Assembly: GCA_002403305.1 (NCBI GenBank)
Contig: DHHM01000023.1
Coordinates: 129,365 to 193,364 of the forward strand
From: Bacteroidales bacterium UBA4772
GTDB taxonomy: Bacteria; Bacteroidota; Bacteroidia; Bacteroidales; VadinHA17
Direction of reading: 5' to 3'
Length of the DNA: 64,000 nucleotides
Each line of letters opens with the position of its first letter. The stretch's first letter is position 1. Under the pieces are notes generated by a model. That model made no database searches. It saw only the letters and a program-made list of their open reading frames with translations, and was not told the DNA's origin. This document shows, piece after piece, positions 54,546 through 64,000 of this stretch. Both the position numbers and the translations under genes were made by a program.

Positions 54546-55316
54546 ATGTTCGATTTCAACATTCTAGATATCATCGATATATTCATGGTAGCGCTTATTC
54601 TCTACCAGCTTTATCGTCTTATCAGGGGTACAGCTGCCTTCAGCATTTTCCTGGGTATCTTTTTCGTCTATCTCTTCTGGCTGGTAGTCAAGGCGCTGAA
54701 CATGGAGCTGATAAGCGCCATAATAGGCCAGGTGATAGGAGTGGGGGTGATAGCCCTGATCATTGTGTTTCAGCAGGAGATACGGCGCTTCCTCCTTGCC
54801 ATAGGCAACAGGTACATGAACCGAAACAGGTTCACCTTTGACAGGTACTTCCCCGCAGGAGGGGTCGATCAGACCACCAACCAGATAGTGGAAGAGATAG
54901 TCCATGCCGTAGAGTCCATGGCACAGTCGCGCACCGGTGCCCTCATCGCCATTGGCCGCACAAGCCTTCTTGATATCTATTCTGAAGGGGGCGAGCTGCT
55001 CAATTCACTTGTCACTGATGAACTGCTGAAAACGATTTTCTACAAGGGGTCGCCCCTGCATGATGGTGCCGTATTGATTCAGAACGGGAAGATATTTGCC
55101 GCACGCTGTCCGCTGCCTTCAACAGACCAGACCGGGCTTCCTTCCAGGTTCGGCATGAGACACAGGGCAGGAATAGGGCTTACTGAACAGACAGATGCGA
55201 TGGTGATAATCGTCTCAGAGGAGAGAGGCAGGATATCTGTAGCCGATGCCGGTAAGGTTCACGAGGATGTGACGCCCAATGAATTGCGTCAGATGCTGCT
55301 GACGCTCAAGATCTGA
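54546..55316 (+). CDS. cdaA: Diadenylate cyclase (c-di-AMP synthase), membrane-anchored CdaA type
   Basis: Three N-terminal TM helices and a DAC domain with GALIAI, PLHDGAV and GMRHRAG motifs. Confidence 0.88.
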   Translation: MFDFNILDIIDIFMVALILYQLYRLIRGTAAFSIFLGIFFVYLFWLVVKALNMELISAIIGQVIGVGVIALIIVFQQEIRRFLLAIGNRYMNRNRFTFDRYFPAGGVDQTTNQIVEEIVHAVESMAQSRTGALIAIGRTSLLDIYSEGGELLNSLVTDELLKTIFYKGSPLHDGAVLIQNGKIFAARCPLPSTDQTGLPSRFGMRHRAGIGLTEQTDAMVIIVSEERGRISVADAGKVHEDVTPNELRQMLLTLKI

Positions 55317-55419
55317 CCCCCGGTGACCTTCGCCCGATATTGCCGGAAGGCATACTCAGACGCTACATTACGGATATCAAGGAAAATCGCTGGCAGTCAA
55401 TTCCTGACAATCGGACAGT

Positions 55420-55839
55420 TCAGTGGTACCTGAGTCTCAGGTCAATCACATTGTCATAGACATAGTAGCAGGGTTCGTCGCACGACGTTTCGTCGTAGCG
55501 AACCTTCGGGCGGGCGGCTCCTGTGGTGATATATTTCTGTCCTTCAAAAATGAATTCCAGGGTGGCGGAATAATCCTTGTAGAGAATAGCATCAAAAGTC
55601 AGGAAGGATACCGGTTCTTCAATATAGAAGATGCGGATTATGATGCTGTCCTCAATTGCTCCCTCAAAAAGTGTCACTTTAGGATTCGGGGGGATGGTTT
55701 CAGGGTTCCTGTAAAGGATTTCAAGTACCGGCTGAACGGGATATTCAGGGTCACACTCCCTGCAGTCGGTCATGTAATCCTCCTCGCAGGAGAAGACAAG
55801 AAGTACAGCAAATACAGCTAACAGACTACCTCTGCCCAT
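55420..55839 (-). CDS. Hypothetical lipoprotein (139 aa)
   Basis: Lipobox LVFSC|EED and several Cys. Overlaps the end of the ankyrin gene by 14 nt, suggesting an operon. Confidence 0.5.
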   Translation of the reverse strand: MGRGSLLAVFAVLLVFSCEEDYMTDCRECDPEYPVQPVLEILYRNPETIPPNPKVTLFEGAIEDSIIIRIFYIEEPVSFLTFDAILYKDYSATLEFIFEGQKYITTGAARPKVRYDETSCDEPCYYVYDNVIDLRLRYH

Positions 55840-57376
55840 AGTTGTAGATTCTGGTTTTTTTGACCGGTATTATTCCGGCAGTACGTGTCAGGACATATGA
55901 CACCTTTAAGGTGAACCATGCGGGTGATACCTTATGAAAAGGGGTATTCAGCCAGGTCACACCAGCGCCAATGCCCAGGCCTTTTCTTCTCCAGGTCAGC
56001 TCTGCCGTCGGGATTATGCAAAACTTGTTGTCAGGACTGCTGCTTGTGCCCTCATAAATCGAGTAAAACCGGTATCCGGCAGCGAGAGAGGAGGTAAATG
56101 TCAGCCTGTTCAGGTTTGCCGGACGCGAGAGTAAAAACTCCTTGCTGAGACCTGCATGGATGAGTGACATCCGGGTACTGTACTGATAGAGGATGTCATG
56201 GTCACCCTGTAACAGAAGCTTCCTGCTTACAGGGTCTGAGGCTGCGCCGATAAAGACAGCTGTTCTAAGTGAAGGATCGGCTACCGAGATTGAGGCTCCT
56301 GCCATTGAACAGTGTGAGGTGATCATCCCAAGGGCTGATACTGAAAGCTCCACCGGATTAAATCCGGTTTTCTTTTCAATACTCTTATCATGAAGCAGTT
56401 GCAGAATATCCCTGTACCCCGCATATTTTGCAAGCAGAACCGGGTTAACCCTGTCTCCTTCTGAATAGTACCACCTGTTGCCTCTCTCAAGGAGAAACTC
56501 CACTGCCTCCTTTTTTCCGCTCATAACCGCAAATCCGAGCGCATCTGCACCGTCACTGCTGAGGGCATACAGATTCGCACCGGCGTCAACAATCAGCTTC
56601 ATCATCAGTGTGTCACCGTTAAATGCGGCAGCCATAAGAGGAGTGATCCCCTTTCTGTCGGGTACATTGGGGTCGACACCGTTTTGCAGGAGGAGATCGG
56701 AAATGTCAGGGTAACCAAAAGTTACCCCAACCATTAAAGGCGTATTGCCTTCACTGTCTTTCAGATCCGCAGGAGAGTCATAATAGAGCAGCATATCGGC
56801 AATGTAGAAGTATCCCAGGGCTGCTGCGTGGTGAAGGGGAGACGCCTGGGTCCGGTCAACCTGCTCGGTAGAGGCTCCGTATCTTATAAGGATCTCTGCT
56901 GTCTCCAGGTCGTTTGACCGCACTGCAGAGATAAGCGGCGTAATACCGTATACATCATAACTGTCGGGAGAGGCCCCAAGAAGAAGAAGGAGCTCCACAG
57001 CATGCTTGCTGCCTGAAGTAACTGCATAATGAAGCGGCGTTGCAATCCTGCCCTCAAAATTGTTGACATCGGCTCCCTCTGCATAGAGTCTTACAATCTC
57101 ATTGCATGCTCCTTTTGATGCAGCTATCTGCAGGTTTATATCATCGGCATCATACCCGTCAGTAAGGTATTCACTGATATCAACGTACCTGTTCTGTTGA
57201 TTGTACTCCGCAAGGAGTACCCTGATGCGGGAAATGATCGAATCAGCCCTGAGGGAATCAGGCTGTAGCTCAATCGATCCGGTCTGTAATAACAGAGTAT
57301 CATTCTGTGACCACAGCGAAAGGGCTGTAAACAAAAACAGGGTCAAAACTGTAAATCTCTTCCTGACAGAGCTCAT
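55826..57376 (-). CDS. Secreted ankyrin-repeat protein with a ~190-aa non-ankyrin C-terminal domain
   Basis: Signal peptide. At least 6 ANK units (..TPLHYAVTSGSKHAVELLLLLGASPD.., ..TPLISAVRSNDLETAEILIRYGA.., ..SPLHHAAALGY.., ..TPLMVGV.., ..TPLMAAAFNGD..). Confidence 0.8.
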   Translation of the reverse strand: MSSVRKRFTVLTLFLFTALSLWSQNDTLLLQTGSIELQPDSLRADSIISRIRVLLAEYNQQNRYVDISEYLTDGYDADDINLQIAASKGACNEIVRLYAEGADVNNFEGRIATPLHYAVTSGSKHAVELLLLLGASPDSYDVYGITPLISAVRSNDLETAEILIRYGASTEQVDRTQASPLHHAAALGYFYIADMLLYYDSPADLKDSEGNTPLMVGVTFGYPDISDLLLQNGVDPNVPDRKGITPLMAAAFNGDTLMMKLIVDAGANLYALSSDGADALGFAVMSGKKEAVEFLLERGNRWYYSEGDRVNPVLLAKYAGYRDILQLLHDKSIEKKTGFNPVELSVSALGMITSHCSMAGASISVADPSLRTAVFIGAASDPVSRKLLLQGDHDILYQYSTRMSLIHAGLSKEFLLSRPANLNRLTFTSSLAAGYRFYSIYEGTSSSPDNKFCIIPTAELTWRRKGLGIGAGVTWLNTPFHKVSPAWFTLKVSYVLTRTAGIIPVKKTRIYNYGQR

Positions 57377-57518
57377 GAATACAAAAATAGTCTCTGTTTT
57401 CAGTATCAGGGTTACTGTTGATATTTTTTTTCATGAGTTGACAAAATTACTGCCGCAGTGTCATAAATGGAACATAATATTATACTTTTATACCCGTTTG
57501 AAATGGGGAAACAGAACG

Positions 57519-58823
57519 ATGAATTTGGATCACAGAGCATTACGTATAATATTACTGACAGTTTTCGGATTGGTTATCTCTGTCTCGCGTGTCGGAACCG
57601 AGCACCTGGCAGAGACAGGTGCCTCCTACAGCCCGGTTCATTTGCGCATTGACAACAAACTGGCAAGCCATGAGCTGTTTGCCGGTGCCGAGAAGGGCGT
57701 TGAATGGTTTCTCGGAAACTGGGACATAAAGGGGGCTTCCGTAGCAGTGGCACGTGAAGGCAAGCTTCTTTATGCACGCGGATTCGGGTATGCCTCACTC
57801 TCGGATTCTCTTCCCGTAGAGCCCTACCACCGGTTCCGTGTTGCCAGTGTCTCCAAGCTGGTAACAGCCGTTGCCATACTGAAGCTGCAGGAGGAGAGCA
57901 GACTCTCTGTTGATGATCATGTCTTCGGTCCTGACGGTATCCTTGACGATACTCTCTTTGCAAATCCCAGGGACCGGCGTGTATTTGACATAACTGTCGG
58001 TCATCTGCTGGCACATGAAGGAGGATGGTCACAGCGTTACGGCGATCAGATGTTCATGCCTACGGTTGTGGCTTCGACGCTGGGTGTCCCCATGCCTGTT
58101 GACCTGAGAATGATAGTAAGATTCGCGCTTGACAAGAGCCTGCATTTCACACCGGGGACAGGGCAGTCATATTCCAACCTGGGATACAGTATCCTTGGGC
58201 TGGTGATCGGGAAAGTCTCCGGTATGAGTTATGAGGAGTATTGTGTCAGGCAGGTGTTGGAGCCCCTGGGCATATATGACATGGCACTGGGCCGGAATTT
58301 TCCTGAAGAAGCACTGCCATTTGAGGTCTCCTATTACGAGGTTGAGAATGCGCCTCTCAAGCCGTCGGTAGACGGCTCGGGAGAGATGCTGCCTGCCAGC
58401 CGGGGCGGAAACGACATTGAGGCGCTGGGAGCTGCCGGAGGATGGGTGGCCACGGCTCCCGACCTTATGCGGCTGCTGCTTGCGGTCGACGGGTTTGACT
58501 ATCCGAAGGACCTTCTTTCGCCGGAGAGCATTGATTTTATGACTGACGTGTACAACGGATATGCACCGGTAGGGTGGAGGACCACTCTCACCAACGGTTC
58601 CTGGTGGAGAACCGGATCGTTCCCCGGGACTACTGCCATGATGAAACGTCTGCCTGACGGTACTGCCTGGGTGATGCTGATGAACAGCAGTGCATGGAAC
58701 GGGCCTGAGCTCTCCTCTGACGTTGACCGGATGATGGCTAAATTTATTGCCAGGGTCAGGGAGTGGCCTGAGGAGGACCTCTTCGCCTATTCACTGCCGG
58801 TACCCGTTATCGAACAGAACTAA
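57519..58823 (+). CDS. Serine hydrolase (beta-lactamase / PBP4*-like family)
   Basis: Start at MNLDHRALRIILLTVFGLVIS (signal). SxxK motif ASVSKLV. The track start at 57201 would overlap the ankyrin gene. Confidence 0.8.
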   Translation: MNLDHRALRIILLTVFGLVISVSRVGTEHLAETGASYSPVHLRIDNKLASHELFAGAEKGVEWFLGNWDIKGASVAVAREGKLLYARGFGYASLSDSLPVEPYHRFRVASVSKLVTAVAILKLQEESRLSVDDHVFGPDGILDDTLFANPRDRRVFDITVGHLLAHEGGWSQRYGDQMFMPTVVASTLGVPMPVDLRMIVRFALDKSLHFTPGTGQSYSNLGYSILGLVIGKVSGMSYEEYCVRQVLEPLGIYDMALGRNFPEEALPFEVSYYEVENAPLKPSVDGSGEMLPASRGGNDIEALGAAGGWVATAPDLMRLLLAVDGFDYPKDLLSPESIDFMTDVYNGYAPVGWRTTLTNGSWWRTGSFPGTTAMMKRLPDGTAWVMLMNSSAWNGPELSSDVDRMMAKFIARVREWPEEDLFAYSLPVPVIEQN

Positions 58824-58835
58824 CAATAAATCCCT

Positions 58836-59558
58836 GTGTGTTTTACAGTCAATGTAAATATTGTCAGGGAGGAGCTTGAGGTGCGATATGGCACTGAGCT
58901 TATCGATCGTGACAGCTATCGTCCGAGTTACTATTATCATGCTTACAGCCTGCCCCTGATGCCCGTTCTCTGCTCAGGGGAGGGTGAGCCGATGCGACTA
59001 TTCAGATGGGGTTTGATACCCTCCTGGTCAGCTGATGAAGATGAAGCCCGGGAGATGATGACTAAAACCTTCAATGCCAGGGCTGAGACCATTAACACCC
59101 GGCCGGCCTTCAGGGACTCTTTTGCCAGCCGTCGATGTCTGGTGCCGGTAAAGGGATTTTTCGAATGGCAGCATACCGGTGGCAGAAAGATACCGTGGTA
59201 TATCAGACTGCGCAACGCAGATATCTTTTCTCTGGCCGGCATTTGGGACTCGTGGGAGATGAAGGGCGATGTCACTGTCAGAACCTTCTCCGTTGTTACC
59301 ACCAGGGCCAATGAGCTTATGGAGGAGATACACAATACCAAAAAGAGAATGCCTGTGATCCTGCCGGCCGGGGCTGAAAAGGTGTGGCTTAACGAGGGAG
59401 TGCCGGCCGACGCGTTGTTATCGCTTACAGAGCCTGTGGCATCGAAGATGCTGGAGGCGCATACCATAAGCCCCCTGATCACCAACGCACGGGCAGACCG
59501 CAACAGGCCCGAGCTGATAATGCCTTACCGGTATCCTGTCCAGGGAACCCTCTTTTAA
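58836..59558 (+). CDS. SOS-response-associated peptidase (SRAP/YedK family)
   Basis: GTG start followed by Cys2 (M-CFTVN..), then ..RWGLIPSW.., ..FNARAET.., ..RRCLVPVKGFFEW.. motifs. Confidence 0.85.
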   Translation: MCFTVNVNIVREELEVRYGTELIDRDSYRPSYYYHAYSLPLMPVLCSGEGEPMRLFRWGLIPSWSADEDEAREMMTKTFNARAETINTRPAFRDSFASRRCLVPVKGFFEWQHTGGRKIPWYIRLRNADIFSLAGIWDSWEMKGDVTVRTFSVVTTRANELMEEIHNTKKRMPVILPAGAEKVWLNEGVPADALLSLTEPVASKMLEAHTISPLITNARADRNRPELIMPYRYPVQGTLF

Positions 59559-59561
59559 GTG

Positions 59562-60302
59562 CTAGTTCTGGGCTACAAAGATGAAAGTCAGGAAGCCTGC
59601 CTGCTTTGCAGGTGCAGAGAGGTCACTGTTGAACTTCGACCTGTAGGCGTGGGTGACAGCCGTCTCTGTGAGGCAGCGGTCCCTGGTGCTTGAAAGGCCG
59701 GATGCAGGCTCAGCCTTGATCACATTGCCTTTGGGATCCACCACGATTGCCAGTGTTACCTGTCCGGCACCCTCGCACTTGTAGATGGGTATCGGAAGAT
59801 ATACATGATGACGGCCGGCAAGATCATAAAAGATCCTGGTGGGACCGGCAAAAGTACCTTTCTCTTCAGGATTATCCTTCTTTTCCGTGACCTGGGGCTC
59901 AATCAGTTTACCCGGCACCGGGATCTCATCCATCCCGCTCTCATCAGCCATCTCCTCCTCATCAGGGAAATTGCTCTCCTCAAGCATACCGCTCTTGATC
60001 ATCTCCTCCCTGACCATCTCTTCATACTCCTTTGGGTCAAGGTCAACGGGCTTGTCAGCAAGGTTTTTTATAATGTTAACCATTTTATCAAAGTCGGCTC
60101 CCTCGAATTCACCGCTCCTGGCAAGCTCCAGTGCCTTCTCCGTCTCAGGATCAGGGACCTCCTCCTCGAATGCCAGGATGATCTCCGCTGCCATCTCCCG
60201 CTTCATGGCAGATACCTTGACCGACATGAATATCACTGCCAGGGCGAGGTGTATGATGATCGTCGCCATGACTGCGGTAAACACTATCTCGAATTTGCTC
60301 AT
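59562..60302 (-). CDS. TonB-like energy-transducer protein
   Basis: N-terminal TM anchor, Glu/Pro/Lys-rich linker, and a C-terminal ~80-aa domain resembling TonB_C. Downstream of the receptor gene. Confidence 0.5.
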   Translation of the reverse strand: MSKFEIVFTAVMATIIIHLALAVIFMSVKVSAMKREMAAEIILAFEEEVPDPETEKALELARSGEFEGADFDKMVNIIKNLADKPVDLDPKEYEEMVREEMIKSGMLEESNFPDEEEMADESGMDEIPVPGKLIEPQVTEKKDNPEEKGTFAGPTRIFYDLAGRHHVYLPIPIYKCEGAGQVTLAIVVDPKGNVIKAEPASGLSSTRDRCLTETAVTHAYRSKFNSDLSAPAKQAGFLTFIFVAQN

Positions 60303-60351
60303 CAGGGTACGAAATTATAAAAATATCTGTCTCACAGCTAAATTAAATGAT

Positions 60352-62772
60352 TCAGAACCGGGCTGTCAGCCTGAGATTGACCATGCGGCCGGTAAGGTAA
60401 TTAGGAACTGCATATTCGCGTGTTTGTCCTTCGCTGTTCCTGACAGTCCTGATCCAGGTATATGAGATTGTGTTCCTGATGTCAGCGAGGTTGAAAAGCT
60501 CGATACCTGCCACAAGCTCCTTCATTGAGAAGTTTTCCCTGCTTTTCTTCTGGCCGATGAGCACCTTTGAAAAGCCTATGTCTATTCGCCGGTAGGGAGG
60601 GATCCTGAACCAGACATCCCATTGCTCCCTGCCCGGGGGTGATGTGGGGATGCCCGTTCCGATGGCGATATTGATGTGCGCCCTGAAGTCGGGGTGCCCC
60701 GGCAGGTAATCCTGGAAGAATATGCTGAAACTTACCCGCTGGTCAAAGGGGGCCGGGTACCATCCGGTGCTGGCGGAAGGGATTCTCATCTCTGATCTCA
60801 TAAGTGAGAGGCTGAACCAGGATTCGGCTCCTTTGACGAACTCCCCGTTGACCCTCAGGTCGAGTCCTGCGGAGTAGCCCTCGGCAACATTACCAGTGCG
60901 GTAAATCAGTCTGACATTATCAACTGTATAAGGTATCAGCCTGTCGAAGACCTTGCCATAGACTTCTGCCGTGAACCTGAATGGCCTGTCCCAGGCAATG
61001 AAATCATAATGACTGCCTGCAGTCAGGTGCAGGGAGCGCTGTGCCCGCAGCAGCAACTGCGGGTCATCTGACTTCAGCATCATCTCTCTTCCTCCGGGTG
61101 GCTGATGGTAAGCCCCGGTAGAGAGATAGAGCGACAACCGGCCTGAGAGTGCCATGTTCAGGGAAACACGCGGAGAGAGAAGCAGCTCCGAATTGTAAGT
61201 GTCATATGAGGCCCTGATGCCGGCATTGAGATCGCACTTTTTACCTGCTGCATTGAAACTGTTCCTGCTGATGAACCATCCTTCGGCAATGAAGCTGCTT
61301 ATATTACTGGCCCGGTCAGTGTATGAGGTCAGGGCAACACCTTCAGCCTCTTCGCGCAGCGTATACCCGGCAGAATCGACCCTGAGCCACTCATTCAGAC
61401 CGATATCATGGCTCCGGTGTTTTGCCGTCACTCCCCACTCGAGACCGTTCCTGCTCCCATTCAGGTAGCCTCGGTACGAGAGACCGGTCATCCCTGTGCG
61501 GAGGGTGTTGCGTGCATGTGTGAGCCAGCTTCCTGCGCCCGCATTCAGGAGGGTGTCGGGACCGCTATCAGGCCCTTCCGTCCTGTCAAGCAATGAAAGG
61601 CTGTAGGCACCGCGAATATCATAGCTCTCATTTTCATGAGCGATGTAAGATGAAAATAAGATCTTCGTCGTAAGCCTCTCGTTGTGCCTGATCACCATTT
61701 TCAATGCTGCACCCCCGTTATCATACCTGTCGCGCTCGCCTCCTTCGAACCATGCATAGAGCCTAAAGGCATTCTCTATGGTTCCAAATGTTGTGGTTCG
61801 GCTTCCCGGAATGAAGGTATACCTGTTTGATGAACCCCAGAGTGAAAGCGTCAGTTCACTGTTCTCTCCCGTCTTGTATCCTGCCATGGCCTGCAGATCG
61901 GCAAAACGGGGGATATAATCGGCCCTGGTGTCAAGACTTCCCAGAAGCATGGCGTTGGAGCGGTACCTGGCTCCGGCAATAAACCAGAACTTCCTGTCCC
62001 TGCTACGGCCGCCGGCGTGCATGGATGAGGTGATGAGACCTGGCGAAAGCGAGCCTTCGAACTCCTGAGGCTCACGGTATGTGATATCCAGGACCGAAGA
62101 GAGCCGGTCGCCGTATGCGGCGCTGAAACCGCCGGGAGAGAAGCTTACTGATGCCGTAAGGTCGGGATTGATCCTGCTTAGTCCTTCCTGTTGCCCGGCC
62201 CTGATAAGATAAGGCCTGTAGATCTCAATATCATTTATGTAGACAAGGTTCTCGTCATAGCTGCCTCCCCTGACCGAGTAGCTGTAGCTGAGCTCGCTGA
62301 ATGAAGCTACGCCGGGGAAGGTGGCTACGGCCGACTCTATGCCTCCCGTCACCGATGGGATGCTTACCCCGGCGGAAACAGGGATAGCTATAACGGTTAT
62401 GTTGTCAGGCCTTGATGCTGTCACCTGTACACCCTCTATCGCCACAGTACCGGGCAGAAGCATGACATGCAGGCTTCCTGCCGCGTCATCTGTGCTGACA
62501 ACAAGTGTGTCGGGAAGATAGCCGAGAAAGGATATTATTATCTTATGATCAGGCTTACCAGCCGGCAGGGGCAGGCTGAAGGTGCCGTCAGGTCGTGTTG
62601 CTACCCCGCTCTGCAGGGCAGGCAGGTAGACCGTTGCCCCCTGAATGGCAATTCCGGAGGTGTCAGTGACCCTGCCGGTGAGGGTTTGCGGCTGTGCGTA
62701 GAGGTGTGATTGTGACGCAACCGACAGAGTAACTAAAATGACGGCAAATGATATCCTTGGTGACCATGCCAT
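60352..62772 (-). CDS. TonB-dependent outer-membrane receptor with N-terminal CarboxypepD_reg domain
   Basis: Signal peptide, LTGRVTDTSGIAIQGATVYL (Cna-B-like), plug region and a C-terminal beta-barrel ending ..NLRLTARF. Confidence 0.85.
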   Translation of the reverse strand: MAWSPRISFAVILVTLSVASQSHLYAQPQTLTGRVTDTSGIAIQGATVYLPALQSGVATRPDGTFSLPLPAGKPDHKIIISFLGYLPDTLVVSTDDAAGSLHVMLLPGTVAIEGVQVTASRPDNITVIAIPVSAGVSIPSVTGGIESAVATFPGVASFSELSYSYSVRGGSYDENLVYINDIEIYRPYLIRAGQQEGLSRINPDLTASVSFSPGGFSAAYGDRLSSVLDITYREPQEFEGSLSPGLITSSMHAGGRSRDRKFWFIAGARYRSNAMLLGSLDTRADYIPRFADLQAMAGYKTGENSELTLSLWGSSNRYTFIPGSRTTTFGTIENAFRLYAWFEGGERDRYDNGGAALKMVIRHNERLTTKILFSSYIAHENESYDIRGAYSLSLLDRTEGPDSGPDTLLNAGAGSWLTHARNTLRTGMTGLSYRGYLNGSRNGLEWGVTAKHRSHDIGLNEWLRVDSAGYTLREEAEGVALTSYTDRASNISSFIAEGWFISRNSFNAAGKKCDLNAGIRASYDTYNSELLLSPRVSLNMALSGRLSLYLSTGAYHQPPGGREMMLKSDDPQLLLRAQRSLHLTAGSHYDFIAWDRPFRFTAEVYGKVFDRLIPYTVDNVRLIYRTGNVAEGYSAGLDLRVNGEFVKGAESWFSLSLMRSEMRIPSASTGWYPAPFDQRVSFSIFFQDYLPGHPDFRAHINIAIGTGIPTSPPGREQWDVWFRIPPYRRIDIGFSKVLIGQKKSRENFSMKELVAGIELFNLADIRNTISYTWIRTVRNSEGQTREYAVPNYLTGRMVNLRLTARF

Positions 62773-63467
62773 CAGTCACTGTTTTTTTTCTTGCGGCTCT
62801 TGCTCTTCTTTTTCTTTTTACTGGCCGGGTTGGAGCTTTTGTCAGGTTCATTCCTGAGCAGACCGTTCTTAACCTCCCGTGCAAATTTCTGCCATGCAAA
62901 CGGATTAAGAAGGTTGTTTGCCGGCATCTGTCCCCTGGTATATAGATTGTCAGACACCTGTTGCATGACGTACCTGTATGATTCTCCGGGGGTGGCCCTC
63001 ATGTCACTCCATATCTGCTGCTCGACAAGGGCAAGGTTATACTCCATGTTTTCCATGAGCGGGTCAACAGGCTTGTTTTCCAGTACGGCCCTTTTAAACT
63101 CCGAATATGTTTTCCATGGCAATACCAGTACCTCACCTATGAGTATGGTGTCAGTAATCATCATCACATCAGTGATGAAGTGGGTACCCGTAACGGTTTC
63201 CGGTACCGTAAGGATTGTCGGTTTGTAACCTATTGCACTGAAGAAGACGGTGTCACCCGGAATGCTTATGATGGAGAAGATACCTCTGCGGTCACTTGCC
63301 GCACCGCGTTGCAGATGCTTTGACCAGATACTCACATCAGGAACGATGTAACCGTTTTCATCAGCTGTCAGTCCGTCAATCTGAATGAACCTGTTCTTCT
63401 GTTCCTGTGCACTGACCCCTGCTGTCACGCCGGCCAGCATGAGACAAATCATTAAAAACCTCTTCAA
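62772..63467 (-). CDS. CarboxypepD_reg-like domain protein with poly-Lys tail
   Basis: Signal peptide, ..IQIDGLTADENGYIVPDVSIW.. domain, and C-terminus SKKKKKSKSRKKKNSD. Its stop overlaps the receptor start (TGATG). Confidence 0.6.
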   Translation of the reverse strand: MKRFLMICLMLAGVTAGVSAQEQKNRFIQIDGLTADENGYIVPDVSIWSKHLQRGAASDRRGIFSIISIPGDTVFFSAIGYKPTILTVPETVTGTHFITDVMMITDTILIGEVLVLPWKTYSEFKRAVLENKPVDPLMENMEYNLALVEQQIWSDMRATPGESYRYVMQQVSDNLYTRGQMPANNLLNPFAWQKFAREVKNGLLRNEPDKSSNPASKKKKKSKSRKKKNSD

Positions 63468-63583
63468 CGACCACTATTTTTGCTTTGTAAAGTAAACAAT
63501 AATGACATTTGATTCATGAATTTAACTTAACTTTAATCATCTTTACTGTCGGCTGTAAATGGAAATTTTAAATCTAAAAATAT

Positions 63584-64000
63584 ATGCAAAAGTTATTACT
63601 GCTTGGTGATGAGGCTATTGCGCAGGCAGCGCTGGATGCCGGCATGAGCGGCATGTATGCCTATCCCGGCACCCCTTCGACGGAGATAATGGAGTATATT
63701 CAGGCTTCACCCAGGGCTGCGGCAGAGGGTGTCCGACGTGAGTGGTCTTCAAATGAGAAGACCGCCATGGAGGCTGCCCTGGGGATGTCATATGCCGGCA
63801 AGAGGGCTATGGTGGCCATGAAGCATGTCGGCCTCAATGTGGCTGCTGATGCCTTCATCAACTCTGCGGTGACGGGTGTCAACGGCGGGCTGGTGGTTGT
63901 GGCGGCTGACGACCCCTCAATGCACTCGTCGCAGAACGAGCAGGACTCTCGTTTCTACGGCCGGTTTGCGATGGTGCCCGTGCTTGAGCCGCGGAACCAG
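63584..64000 (+). CDS. iorA: Indolepyruvate:ferredoxin oxidoreductase alpha subunit (3' end outside window)
   Basis: Manual translation from ATG 63584: MQKLLLLGDEAIAQAALDAGMSGMYAYPGTPSTEIMEY...EKTAMEAALGMSYAGKRAMVAMKHVGLNVAAD...DDPSMHSSQNEQDSR. The frame is open to the window end and is absent from the ORF track because there is no stop. Confidence 0.85.
   Translation, partial: MQKLLLLGDEAIAQAALDAGMSGMYAYPGTPSTEIMEYIQASPRAAAEGVRREWSSNEKTAMEAALGMSYAGKRAMVAMKHVGLNVAADAFINSAVTGVNGGLVVVAADDPSMHSSQNEQDSRFYGRFAMVPVLEPRNQ

Noticed and set aside
57201-57518. Long N-terminal extensions offered by the ORF track, here for the serine hydrolase. The same applies to 533-604, 16497-16541, 37834-37923, 45736-45819, 26167-26184 and 44778-44801.
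   Set aside because: The extensions overlap neighbouring genes or lack signal-peptide logic. Internal ATGs give canonical N-termini (signal peptides, MKGNIEIKG.. of UvrA, MQIFY.. of RsmE), so the shorter starts were used.

Overview
Dense, mostly chromosomal-looking segment that reads like an anaerobic Bacteroidota genome. Supporting signs: TAnnTTTG-type promoter boxes, many lipoproteins, a CarboxypepD_reg/TonB-dependent receptor operon, a sigma-54 activator and indolepyruvate:ferredoxin oxidoreductase. About 60 protein genes are supported. I recognised no rRNA, tRNA, CRISPR, transposase, integrase or phage genes.

Housekeeping content: yggS, a PyrD-like gene, zwf-pgl-pntAA-pntAB-pntB (NADPH supply), uvrA, rsmE, tpiA, tmk-like, folP-cdaA and iorA (3' end cut by the window).

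Accessory content:
1. An arsenic/organoarsenical cluster (arsR, thioredoxin-like, ArsF-like, CcdA/ArsG-like, COG0701 permease ... rhodanese-like, arsC, arsM, acr3). It is split by an ~8.5 kb heavy-metal RND efflux block with its own two-component system and two Cys/His-rich small proteins. The same palindromic operator occurs on both sides of the split.
2. A minus-strand sigma-54 signalling operon (3652-9395) with unusual parts: a PstS-like/TM/GcvH-like fusion, a HybA-tail mini-ORF, a histidine kinase with CXXCH haem motifs, an NtrC-type activator and an archaemetzincin. This is my best candidate for an undescribed system.
3. An exported glutamate-racemase homologue paired with an exported C26 gamma-glutamyl hydrolase.
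4. An SPFH/Arc/Zn-ribbon operon with a perfect 11-bp inverted repeat on its promoter.
5. Two striking 7-8-nt tandem-repeat elements in intergenic spacers (15134-15380 and 30644-30906).

Three gene remnants (thioredoxin stub, truncated sulfatase, HybA tail) point to local rearrangement. All functional calls come from motifs read by eye in the supplied translations; no database search was possible.
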